Shown here: positions 54,857 to 63,890 of the stretch, in pieces
How the letters are laid out: each line of letters opens with the position of its first letter
How positions within the stretch are numbered: position 1 is the first letter of the stretch
Origin: Candidatus Woesearchaeota archaeon
Lineage (GTDB): Archaea > Nanobdellota > Nanobdellia > Pacearchaeales > GW2011-AR1
Assembly (NCBI GenBank): GCA_964437555.1
Contig: CAYTHI010000003.1
Coordinates: 782 to 64,781, forward strand
DNA length: 64,000 bases
Direction of reading: 5' to 3'
Notes under the pieces: generated by a model
What the model was told of the DNA's origin: nothing
The model's input: only the letters and a program-made list of their open reading frames with translations
Database searches by the model: none
Made by a program: the position numbers and the translations under genes

Positions 54857-56797
54857 ATGGAAAGGAGGTTTAGCATTTATTTAGCAATGAGCCTGATTGT
54901 ACTTTTCGGATTGTACTCTTTTGTCTTTTATTTCATTGCGCAGAATGCTGGTGTGTTCTTTTCTCCTCCTGTTAATGAGCCTGGAACATGCACTGATAAT
55001 GACGGAGGGATTTCCCCTTCCACTAAAGGAACTCTTGTGTCAGAGAATTATAATTATGGGCAGGCGATAACCTTAGCTGACTTCTGCCTTAATAGCAGCA
55101 ATGTTGTTGACTATTCCTGTTTTTCTAACGGTACTTTCGGGGCAAATGTTTTTGCATGCAGGTATGGATGCAATGATGGAGCATGCATTAATGATAGGTA
55201 TAGTTATTTACTCTCTCCGGAAAATTTCTTAAGGCTTAATGGTATACCTGCTGTTTCTATAAGAGACAGCGTGGCTGACAGCATTCTATGCGCAGATAAG
55301 AAAGCAGGCGATTTATGCCAGATAGGAATTACATATGTTAATATAACTAATGTTTATGTTTCTAATGATAATGTTCATAAGGCAGTCCAGCTTGACAGCG
55401 ATTTCTCAGGAAGGCCTTTCGGGGCGGTTTTTGATAATTTAAAAAACAGGATATATCTTCCGTTGAAAAGCGAGTTGCCTGCTTCTTCTGTAAATATAAA
55501 TGTTATTGACAGTGACGGTGATTTAGTCCAGCCCTACACTTTCTCATGGGGCTCTAATTCTATAAGCATAAATGCGGGTTCTTTGTCCCAATACAAAAGC
55601 CATAATTTTGCTTTTGAAGTTGTTGATGGCGACAAGTTGAAAGTTAGTTTTCCTTCAACGAATGGCAATGTAGAGCTTTATTTGCTTTATGGAGACGGAA
55701 CTTCTTTTACAGGCATTGGGCAAAATTCCAGCAATAAACTTGCCGCAACTTATGCTGACGGATTTTTATTCAACAAGACAGATGGAGACCAGTGGTTTAG
55801 CCTTTACTGGAGCAAGGCAGGCACTAACTTAACTTGTTATTCTAATTTTACCGCAAAAATAGGACAATGCCTACCTGGAGAGCGCAATGAAAAATACTTT
55901 ACAAGCAGCAATACTTGCGGAATCAGCCTTCCTGAAAATCAAACATTTGAGAGATGCGATTATGATAATAACAGAGTCATAGGGTTTGTCAGTGATATTG
56001 ACAGCAACTTCAATGCTTCGCTTTACGATAATGGCTTTGCAGCGAATTTGTCCAGAAATTTTTCCGGAGAGCATGAAATATCAATCAATGAGGGGGGAGA
56101 TAAAAGAGTAGAATTTACTTTTGATTTTGATGAAGATGTATTGGATTTAACTGAAATATTTTTGAGGAGGCAGAATAATTCAGAAGGTTTTGGCTATGTC
56201 ATTGTAAATGGTCTGGATAATCTGAACAAGAGCGCTTATGTAGATAAGCTGGCTAATCAAAGCAATTCTGTATGCATTAAAAACAGGGATATTCAGGATA
56301 TAGATGAATTTTCTAACAGATGCACTTCAAACAGCGAGGAAGTTGTTTTATGCAATGGAATTGGGGATGAGGAATATGTATGCACTGATTTTGGCTCTTA
56401 TTATTTAGTGAGCGGATTGTCGGACTCTGCTGTAAAAGAATTTTTCTATCAGGGATATACGGGAAATGGCTCATCTAATTGTATTCCTTCATGGAGCTGC
56501 GGGGAATGGGAAGAATGTGCTGGCGGCCAGCAGATTAGGATTTGTGAGGATGTTAATAGCTGCGGTAGCTCATCTGGAAAGCCTTCGGAAGTAAAAGAGT
56601 GCGGAGAGTCTTCTGTACAGCAATCCAGCCAGAACGGGCAGGAATTAAATCCTGCAGGTTCAGCTTCTATTGGCGCACAGATTTATTTCTGGATGATTAT
56701 TATGATTATTCTTGTCTGCATAGCAATAGTAATCATACTCATAGCCCTCAATATAAAGAATAAGAGAAAGCTTGCCGAGCAATTTTTCTTAGGATGA
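54857..56797 (+). CDS. Cys-rich extracellular protein with N-terminal TM/signal and C-terminal TM anchor
   Basis: 646 aa with many Cys. C-terminal IYFWMIIMIILVCIAIVIILIAL anchor followed by KNKRK. Confidence 0.55.
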   Translation: MERRFSIYLAMSLIVLFGLYSFVFYFIAQNAGVFFSPPVNEPGTCTDNDGGISPSTKGTLVSENYNYGQAITLADFCLNSSNVVDYSCFSNGTFGANVFACRYGCNDGACINDRYSYLLSPENFLRLNGIPAVSIRDSVADSILCADKKAGDLCQIGITYVNITNVYVSNDNVHKAVQLDSDFSGRPFGAVFDNLKNRIYLPLKSELPASSVNINVIDSDGDLVQPYTFSWGSNSISINAGSLSQYKSHNFAFEVVDGDKLKVSFPSTNGNVELYLLYGDGTSFTGIGQNSSNKLAATYADGFLFNKTDGDQWFSLYWSKAGTNLTCYSNFTAKIGQCLPGERNEKYFTSSNTCGISLPENQTFERCDYDNNRVIGFVSDIDSNFNASLYDNGFAANLSRNFSGEHEISINEGGDKRVEFTFDFDEDVLDLTEIFLRRQNNSEGFGYVIVNGLDNLNKSAYVDKLANQSNSVCIKNRDIQDIDEFSNRCTSNSEEVVLCNGIGDEEYVCTDFGSYYLVSGLSDSAVKEFFYQGYTGNGSSNCIPSWSCGEWEECAGGQQIRICEDVNSCGSSSGKPSEVKECGESSVQQSSQNGQELNPAGSASIGAQIYFWMIIMIILVCIAIVIILIALNIKNKRKLAEQFFLG

Positions 56798-56808
56798 TTT
56801 TATAATAT

Positions 56809-56951
56809 AAAGCTTTCGTAAAGCTGTTCAAACAAAGTTCTCCATCTTTAATAAAGTAAAGAGCATAAAGCTTTATTGAAGTTCTGCAAACTTACGTTCT
56901 TGAACTTTCCGAAAGCAATCTGTTTAAAGCTTTCGTAAAGCTTTACGAAAG
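56809..56951. promoter_or_regulatory. cluster of related palindromic sites (agctttcgtaaagct; ctttccgaaag; 22-bp perfect palindrome ctttcgtaaagctttacgaaag at 56930-56951) upstream of ORF 56985
   Basis: Read directly from sequence. All lie in the 187-bp intergenic region. Confidence 0.4.
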
Positions 56952-56984
56952 TATCTTTAAAAGGCGCGGATATTCCAGGTTATT

Positions 56985-57842
56985 ATGAAAAAAACAGAAA
57001 TGAAAGGAGGTAAAGACGAAATGGAAAATAAAATGGTAAAGGCAGGAGCTATGTTTGCTATGGCTTTACTTTTGTTAGGGGCTATTGCACCTTTAATCAG
57101 TGCTGTTCCTCTTTCGGAGGAAAACAGGATTGCTGAGCAGAGATATGCTGAATCAAGGCAAAGCTTTTTGCAGGCGGAAAATATCTATAAGCAGGCAAGA
57201 GCTGATTTCTTTACTGCAAAACAAAGATTTGGAATAAGGGATGAGGCATCAATAACTGCTGCAAGAAATTTCTTAGATAAGGCAATTACAGCAACTGTGA
57301 GATATCTTGAAAATATCAAGGATTTTGTAGCAGCTGACTGGGCATTATCTGAAGCGCAGAAAAGCGCAATAGCCGCAGGGATTGATACGGATATTCAGTG
57401 GCTTGAAGGCAAGCAGGCAGAGATTGCGACTGCTGACAGAGCGGCTCTTGTAGCGATTGGCAAGGAAGTCAGGGATTATTGGGCGCAAGTCCGAGTGGAT
57501 TTAAAGAAGAATGTTATTGCTCCAATCTTAAGCGCGAGAGCTGACTGGCTTTTAATGAAAGCTGACGAAGCAAGCGACAGAGTTCTGAATGCCATATCGG
57601 AAGCGGAAGCGAGGGGAGAAGATGTAACGCGTGCTAGAGAAATACTTGCTGACTTTGATAGCAAGATGGACCTGGCTCAATCTGAATATGATAAGGCAAA
57701 AGCCAAGTTCGCTGAAATAAACAGCCTTGCAGATGCTGATGAATTTTTCAGAGCAGCGCAGGAATTTATGAGGCAGGGTAATACATATCTTAGACAGGCT
57801 TATGCTTCGCTAAGAGATGCTTATGCAGAAATAAGAGCATAA
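56985..57842 (+). CDS. secreted/anchored Ala-rich alpha-helical protein (hypothetical)
   Basis: N-terminal hydrophobic MVKAGAMFAMALLLLGAIAPLISAV. The remainder is predicted helical. Confidence 0.45.
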   Translation: MKKTEMKGGKDEMENKMVKAGAMFAMALLLLGAIAPLISAVPLSEENRIAEQRYAESRQSFLQAENIYKQARADFFTAKQRFGIRDEASITAARNFLDKAITATVRYLENIKDFVAADWALSEAQKSAIAAGIDTDIQWLEGKQAEIATADRAALVAIGKEVRDYWAQVRVDLKKNVIAPILSARADWLLMKADEASDRVLNAISEAEARGEDVTRAREILADFDSKMDLAQSEYDKAKAKFAEINSLADADEFFRAAQEFMRQGNTYLRQAYASLRDAYAEIRA

Positions 57843-57855
57843 ATTTATTTTTTCC

Positions 57856-57897
57856 GTCGGGATTTAAAATCCCGACAATCTTTTTTATTTTTTTAGA
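57856..57897 (+). terminator. hairpin gtcgggattt-aaaatcccgac followed by T-runs
   Basis: Perfect 10-bp stem immediately after the stop of 56985..57842, followed by TTTTTTATTTTTTT. Confidence 0.5.
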
Positions 57898-57900
57898 AAC

Positions 57901-57927
57901 CTTTATAAATGAACTCCCTTTATAAAT
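57901..57927 (+). promoter_or_regulatory. tandem duplicated TATA boxes (cctttataaat x2) upstream of tbp
   Basis: Second TATA is centred ~25 bp before the ATG at 57948. An 11-bp unit is repeated 18 bp apart. Confidence 0.45.
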
Positions 57928-57947
57928 ACTAAATTTATCTTACTATC

Positions 57948-58508
57948 ATGGCAAAATCAGACCTTAAAGTTCAGAATATTGTTGCTACGAGTTCTTTGGG
58001 AAAGCCAGTTTCTTTGACAAAGCTTGCAAGGTCACAGAGCAATACTGAATACAATCCTGAACAATTTCCTGGTCTCGTTTTAAGAGTACAAAAACCGAAG
58101 TCAGCGGTTTTAGTGTTCTCTTCTGGGAATCTGGTGTGCACAGGAACAAAGAGTGTCGCACAGGTTAAAGAGGTGATAGCCCAGGTCATAAAACAACTTG
58201 CGAAAATTGGGGTTAAGATAACTGACAAGCCGAAAATAACTGTGCAAAACATAGTTGCTTCGGGAAGTATTGATGTGGATCTTAACCTCAATATTCTTGC
58301 TCTTGAACTGGAAAATACTGAATATGAGCCGGAGCAATTTCCAGGGCTTGTGTACAAATTGGACGATCCAACAACCACTTTCTTGTTGTTTTCAAATGGA
58401 AAGCTTGTTTGCACAGGAACAAAAAGCAGGCAGCAGCTTGAAGAGGCAATGACAAAGCTTAATAAGAATATCAAGGCTGTTCTTGCGAGATTGAAGAGAG
58501 AGGGTTAA
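57948..58508 (+). CDS. tbp: TATA-box binding protein
   Basis: Two direct repeats, each with NIVATSSLG / NIVASGSID and FPGLV...LVCTGTKS. Confidence 0.95.
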   Translation: MAKSDLKVQNIVATSSLGKPVSLTKLARSQSNTEYNPEQFPGLVLRVQKPKSAVLVFSSGNLVCTGTKSVAQVKEVIAQVIKQLAKIGVKITDKPKITVQNIVASGSIDVDLNLNILALELENTEYEPEQFPGLVYKLDDPTTTFLLFSNGKLVCTGTKSRQQLEEAMTKLNKNIKAVLARLKREG

Positions 58509-58510
58509 TT

Positions 58511-58786
58511 TTGGTAAATAATTTAGTTATTCGTGATGCGGTAGTGGATGGATTAAAAGATGATAGTCGTTTTGCTGATTCTCAACTTGCTGCGGAACTC
58601 AATAGGACTCTTGGATTCGCTGTTAATCATGGAATAGTTGGCCCCGATTTAGATTCTGATCAGAGAGTATATTGTAAACTTCTTGCTGCCGGAGGTTTGC
58701 TTGAGGAAAGAGGAGATAAAAATAGACCAATTCATTATTTAATTACAAACAAAGGTAGAAATGTGTACGAACGAGTTTGGGTCTAG
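58511..58786 (+). CDS. hypothetical protein
   Basis: 91 aa, TTG start in the track, relatively G+C-rich. Confidence 0.3.
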   Translation: MVNNLVIRDAVVDGLKDDSRFADSQLAAELNRTLGFAVNHGIVGPDLDSDQRVYCKLLAAGGLLEERGDKNRPIHYLITNKGRNVYERVWV

Positions 58787-59134
58787 ATTTTTGTTTTTTA
58801 TTTAGGCTTGCAGGTTCATCTTCTACATCTTCGTTAATACTCATTGCTGCTTCGTTTCTTAAATTTAAAACGTAGACGGATATCTGTTTGTCTTTTTTTT
58901 CTATATAACTCCTTAATACTTTTTCAAGAGGGTTGTAATTAAATATTAATTTGCTTTTTGGCTCAAGAATGCCTGAATAGATTCTGGATGAAAGCAATTA
59001 CTTGTCTTTATTTGGAGTGTAAATATATAGCAAGCAATACTGAAACGCATACTCCTTCTATTATTGCCGGGCTTTTCCATTTATTCCTATTTTCCACAAT
59101 TTTTTAAACAAATAGGATTACCTTAACTTATTGC

Positions 59135-60298
59135 TTATAAAAACTCATTCAATTTTCTTTGTTTGCCAAAATTTTTCAGCAGGAAGGATTTATTTGTATA
59201 ATTTTGTATTGGTTGTTTTAACCTTGCTTGGATAGCTGATAATGCTTCTCTTAATGTTGAGAAAGTTTCATGAGCTTTTTTGAAAGCTTCTCTTGACGTT
59301 TCTCTTAGAATGCCGACGCCGCAAGGCGCGTAATATTCAGGGCGTATTTCCCTGATTACTAAACATTGCGCCTGTTTTCTTATTTTTTCTAAATATTCTG
59401 TTAAGGAAAGACGATTTGCATAATAAGCTCCTGTTACAGAATCTGCATATTTCTTTCTTGGAAGGAATGTTTCGTAATCTGACCAAACGTCTGGGGATTT
59501 TAATGAGATTTCTATGACTTCAAATGAGTATTTATCTGGCAGAAGTAGAAATTCATAATGATTCCCTAAATATTCTGCATTGAAAACTTGAAATTCTGAT
59601 ATTTCCTGATAATAGCGGATTTTTTCCAGTTTTTTCTTGGATATTGTGTCATCTGTTGCTGTTATTGCCCATCTTGTCGGCACTAATCTTCTATTCTTTT
59701 TCAATCCCAGCAAGCCGGCTGAAAGAAGTTTTATTATATTTGATACAGAAATATCAGATTTATGAAGCTCTAAAATAGCCGGAGCAGATTTAATTTCCTC
59801 ATCGTTAACAAGATAATCTACTTTTGGCTTTATTCTTGTGTTCTCCTGAAGCTTTGCTGATTTTAAAGATGCTGCTCTGCTTATTAACGGGACTCTTGAG
59901 TCAGGATGCCTTGTAAAATTAATCGGCTTTTTTAATTTGAATTCTGTTGCAACAGACTTGGAAGTCATTGCTATTTCATGGAAAACCTGCAGGAATTTTG
60001 TGTCATGCTTTTTTACATGATTTTGAGTTCTTGAATAAATTAATTTCTGCCTCTGGCTCATTATATCTGATATGGAAAGCTTATTTTCATGCCATAATTC
60101 CGGAGAGGACATTATTTCTGTGTTGCCGTATTCTTCCGGAGAAAGAATGCCGGTGTAGACATTCGGATAGTTCCACTTTCCTACAAATATTTCAGGGGGC
60201 GATGAGCCGGAGAATTCTGTCTTAAGATTTTTAGAAGGCAAAAGAAAAGAATGCCTTTTGCAGTTTTCTTCTCCGCATATTTTGCATTTATATGACAT
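59135..60298 (-). CDS. putative archaeal Nre-family DNA-repair protein with C-terminal PIP box
   Basis: 387 aa. N-terminal Cys cluster CKICGEENC. C-terminal QRKLNEFL fits the PCNA-interaction motif Qxx[LIM]xx[FY][FYL]. Confidence 0.4.
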   Translation of the reverse strand: MSYKCKICGEENCKRHSFLLPSKNLKTEFSGSSPPEIFVGKWNYPNVYTGILSPEEYGNTEIMSSPELWHENKLSISDIMSQRQKLIYSRTQNHVKKHDTKFLQVFHEIAMTSKSVATEFKLKKPINFTRHPDSRVPLISRAASLKSAKLQENTRIKPKVDYLVNDEEIKSAPAILELHKSDISVSNIIKLLSAGLLGLKKNRRLVPTRWAITATDDTISKKKLEKIRYYQEISEFQVFNAEYLGNHYEFLLLPDKYSFEVIEISLKSPDVWSDYETFLPRKKYADSVTGAYYANRLSLTEYLEKIRKQAQCLVIREIRPEYYAPCGVGILRETSREAFKKAHETFSTLREALSAIQARLKQPIQNYTNKSFLLKNFGKQRKLNEFL

Positions 60299-60322
60299 TA
60301 ATAAAGATAGGAAATCAGGTAT

Positions 60323-60565
60323 TTAGGAATATTTGTGATTCACAACTGCTTTCTTTCTTGAGCCGTAAGTTTTCATGCCTGCAATTATGAATGCTATTCC
60401 TATTATAACTGCTATAAAACCTAAAGAATATATTGTGTTATTTGTAGCAAACCTTAAGATACCGAAACCGAGAATTAATGATGCGAACGCAGTTCTGATG
60501 TAAGCAAGCATGGTTCTTTCATTAGCCCATAGAGTTCTTTCAATATCAAGCTTAATTTTATCCAT
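60323..60565 (-). CDS. DUF202/YidH-family small membrane protein
   Basis: ERTLWANERTMLAYIRT matches the DUF202 signature. Confidence 0.7.
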   Translation of the reverse strand: MDKIKLDIERTLWANERTMLAYIRTAFASLILGFGILRFATNNTIYSLGFIAVIIGIAFIIAGMKTYGSRKKAVVNHKYS

Positions 60566-60814
60566 ACTTATTACAAAGAAAGGCGGTTTTTAAATTTAGG
60601 GAGAGTGCTTAGTGATTTATTGACTATATAATCTCTATATAAATGAAGGTATTTAATCAAAAATGAAATCAACATTAATGAAACACTACAAATATTAATG
60701 ATAACCTAGTTTTTCTATTTTTTAATATTTTGATAAATAAAGACGGTTATTTAGAAGAATATTCAGTTTATTACTCCATTATCATTGAAGAGAATAACTT
60801 ATAACTTTAGCTCT

Positions 60815-61012
60815 TTAACCTTTCAAATCAGAAATACCGAGAAGGATGAACAATACGCCCATCATTACAACAATCCAGAATAATCCGCCTTTAAAGAATT
60901 GCCAGGCCGCACCCCAAAAGTTCCATAGCCCCCATGATTGAGAATACCAAGCAATTATTACAGGGACGATTACAAGTACAAGCCCGAGCAAGAGTTCAGA
61001 CCATTTATTCAT
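60815..61012 (-). CDS. small Trp-rich membrane protein
   Basis: 65 aa, two TM segments. Confidence 0.3.
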   Translation of the reverse strand: MNKWSELLLGLVLVIVPVIIAWYSQSWGLWNFWGAAWQFFKGGLFWIVVMMGVLFILLGISDLKG

Positions 61013-61094
61013 GTTATCTGTATTTTATCACACTTTATAAACATTTTTGTTGTGAAATCCACTAATTTATAAATCTTATTTTACATACTCTGGA

Positions 61095-61349
61095 ATGTTC
61101 GGATATGATTATGCTCAATTGCTTGGGCTTCCTGCCTGGCTGTTAGTTATTGTTTTAGCGTGGAGCTTAGCTTGGAAAGGATTTGCCTTATGGAAGTCTG
61201 CGAGGAGGAATCAGGCTGTTTGGTTTGTGGTTTTATTAGTTGTCAATACTATAGGTATTTTAGAGATTCTTTACTTATTCTTGTTTTCAAAAATAAATTT
61301 AAGTGATACATCTTCAAAGCGAAAGAAAGCACGAAAGAAAAAGAATTAA
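61095..61349 (+). CDS. small membrane protein with basic tail
   Basis: 84 aa, two TM segments plus KRKKARKKKN. Confidence 0.3.
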   Translation: MFGYDYAQLLGLPAWLLVIVLAWSLAWKGFALWKSARRNQAVWFVVLLVVNTIGILEILYLFLFSKINLSDTSSKRKKARKKKN

Positions 61350-61432
61350 TTTTTTTGAACCAAATAACTCTCGCTTACGTTACAATACATTAGAAAGGGA
61401 ATTCTTAAATAACCCCTTAGTTTAGGTTTTTG

Positions 61433-62476
61433 ATGTTATCAGAAGAGCAGATTATTGAAATAAGGGAGCATCTTGAAAGAGCGCAGAACCCTGTGTTTTT
61501 TTATGACAATGATGCAGACGGATTGTGCAGTTATGTCCTTCTTAGAAGATTCTTAGGCAGAGGGAAAGGAGTTGCTATAAGGACAAAGCCAGAGATAGAC
61601 AAGGGATATGCAAGAAAAATTCAGGAATTTAATGCAGATTGTGTGTTTATTCTGGACAAGCCGATTATTGGAAAGGCATTTGTTGATGAAATTAAAGGCT
61701 TAGGAATTCCAATGGTCTGGATAGACCATCATGATTTAGATGAAAGCTATGATGGAATCTTTAGCTATAATTCTGCAAAAAATAAAAGCAAGAGCGCGGA
61801 GCCTGTAACTTGCGTGTGCTATAAAGTTGTTGGCGAGAGAAAGGAAGATATCTGGATTGCACTGATGGGATGTGTTTCTGATAATTTTATGCCGGACTTC
61901 CTGGCTGAGTTTTCAGAAAGATATCCTGATTTTTCAAAACCAATCAAGGAAATAAAAATTCCTTTTGATATTTATTATAAAACAGAAATTGGATTTTTGA
62001 TAAAGGCGCTTTCTTTTGGGCTTAAGGATTCTGTAACACATGTTGTTCAATTGCAGAATTTTTTTATTTCCTGTAAGTCGCCGCAGGAATTGGTTTCATT
62101 TCTTGACAGCGGAAGCTCGTTCGGCAAAAAGTACAGGGAAGTGAGAAGCAAATATGATTCTCTTCTTAAAAAAGCAAGGATGATAAAGTATGGAAAGGTT
62201 ATTTTTTTCAAGTACGGGGGAGATTTAAGCATAAGCGCTGAGCTTTCTAATGAATTAATGTATACTTTTCCTAAGAAGATTGTAGCGGTTGCTTATGATA
62301 ACGGGGGCATGGCAAATATTTCTTTGAGAGGAGATAATGTTAAAGATATTTTGGAAAAAGTAATTGGTAAATTTGAGGGGGCTTCGGGCGGAGGGCATAG
62401 AGACGCTGTCGGAGCGAGGATAAAAAGCGCTGATTTAGATAAATTTAAGAATGAACTAAATGAATTATTCAAATGA
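61433..62476 (+). CDS. DHH-family phosphoesterase (RecJ/NrnA-like)
   Basis: DNDADGLCS (DHH motif I/II) and IDHHD (motif III). Confidence 0.75.
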   Translation: MLSEEQIIEIREHLERAQNPVFFYDNDADGLCSYVLLRRFLGRGKGVAIRTKPEIDKGYARKIQEFNADCVFILDKPIIGKAFVDEIKGLGIPMVWIDHHDLDESYDGIFSYNSAKNKSKSAEPVTCVCYKVVGERKEDIWIALMGCVSDNFMPDFLAEFSERYPDFSKPIKEIKIPFDIYYKTEIGFLIKALSFGLKDSVTHVVQLQNFFISCKSPQELVSFLDSGSSFGKKYREVRSKYDSLLKKARMIKYGKVIFFKYGGDLSISAELSNELMYTFPKKIVAVAYDNGGMANISLRGDNVKDILEKVIGKFEGASGGGHRDAVGARIKSADLDKFKNELNELFK

Positions 62477-63507
62477 ATTTCAAGGAAATAAGAGCCGAAA
62501 TATACGGGAGAGTTCAGGGAGTCGGTTTCAGGGATTTTATTAAATCCAATGCAGAGAAACTTGGCTTAAAGGGCTTTGTGAAGAACAATAGCGATGGCTC
62601 TTTATTATTGGTCGCGCAGGGAGACGAGAAGGCAGTAGGAGAACTCATTAATTTGGCACATAAAGGATCTTTTTTCTCCTCAATAAGCGGAATGTCTTAT
62701 GTTTTTGCTGAGCCAAAGGAAAAATTTGAAGATTTCAGAATTGCAAGAGAGGGCGGATTTATCAGTGACCAAAAGAAAAGCTTCTCACAATTAGGAAAAA
62801 CTCTTCTTGGGCTTGCTTCTCCTGAAGAAAAGCCAAAGCATATAGCTATTATTCCTGATGGAAACAGGAGATGGGCGCAGGAAAAAGGATTTGAAAGCAT
62901 AAAAGGAATTCAAAGAAGCGGAAGCTATACGCATTTAAAAGAACTATTTGAAGTTGCAAAAAAAGAAAATGTGAAGTATTTCAGCTTATGGGGATTCTCA
63001 ACTGAAAACTGGAAAAGGCCGCAAAAGGAGATTGATGCTGTTTTTGAGTTAATATCAAGAGACATTGAAAAATTCAGGCAGGATGCTTTTAAAGACAATA
63101 TAAGGTTCAGGCATATAGGCAGGAAGGACAGGATTCCTAACAAATTTATTGATGCGTTGAATAAGCTTGAAGATGAAACAAAAAATTTTGATAATTTTAA
63201 TGTTCAATTATGCCTTGATTATGGGGGAAAAGATGAAATTGTCAGGGCTGTTAATAAAATAATAAAAGAAGGCAAGACAAAGATTGATGAAAAGATGTTT
63301 TCACAATATCTTGATTCTTCAGGGATTCCAGAGCCCGATTTGATAATAAGAACTTCAGGGGAAAAAAGATTGAGCGGCTTTATGCCTTTCCAGTCAGATT
63401 ATGCAGAGCTTTATTTCTGCGACAAGTATTTTCCTGATTTTAATGCAGAGGATTTGACGAAGGCCGTAAAGATTTACGGGATGAGAAAGAGAAGGTTTGG
63501 AAAGTAG
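62473..63507 (+). CDS. uppS: acylphosphatase fused to undecaprenyl-diphosphate synthase (cis-prenyltransferase)
   Basis: N-terminal ~95 aa IYGRVQGVGFRDF...GFVKNNSDGSLLLVAQG is an acylphosphatase. The rest, HIAIIPDGNRRWA...IRTSGEKRLSGF, is UppS. There is no internal Met between the two domains. Confidence 0.8.
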   Translation: MNFKEIRAEIYGRVQGVGFRDFIKSNAEKLGLKGFVKNNSDGSLLLVAQGDEKAVGELINLAHKGSFFSSISGMSYVFAEPKEKFEDFRIAREGGFISDQKKSFSQLGKTLLGLASPEEKPKHIAIIPDGNRRWAQEKGFESIKGIQRSGSYTHLKELFEVAKKENVKYFSLWGFSTENWKRPQKEIDAVFELISRDIEKFRQDAFKDNIRFRHIGRKDRIPNKFIDALNKLEDETKNFDNFNVQLCLDYGGKDEIVRAVNKIIKEGKTKIDEKMFSQYLDSSGIPEPDLIIRTSGEKRLSGFMPFQSDYAELYFCDKYFPDFNAEDLTKAVKIYGMRKRRFGK

Positions 63508-63509
63508 AA

Positions 63510-63890
63510 CTAAATTATAATTGCTTCTTTAAATTGTTTAAAATGATTATCTGTTGTTAAAATTGTGGCTTTTATATTTTGCGCAGATTTTATTATTAGG
63601 GCATCTGCCAGGGAGAAGCCGAGAATCTTATTTTTCATTGAGGCATGGAGCAAACCCGCTTCGTGTGCTATTTTTGGAGTAATATTTGTTATTTCAGAAT
63701 TCTTTATTATAGCTTCATAAGCAAGCTCTGAATTGCCTCTTTTTCTCTTTACTTTGCTAACTACTTCAGCTATATTAAGAGAGGTTGTATATATTTCATT
63801 TTGCTCTTTCAAAATTTTATTTACCATCTCTCCGGATAGGCTTCCCTCAAGGTATTCTATCCATGCTGAAGAATCTATTAGATATTTCAT
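63510..63890 (-). CDS. VapC PIN-domain toxin
   Basis: YLIDSSAWIEYL, DALIIKSA and TTDNHF acidic residues of the PIN fold. Confidence 0.8.
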   Translation of the reverse strand: MKYLIDSSAWIEYLEGSLSGEMVNKILKEQNEIYTTSLNIAEVVSKVKRKRGNSELAYEAIIKNSEITNITPKIAHEAGLLHASMKNKILGFSLADALIIKSAQNIKATILTTDNHFKQFKEAIII

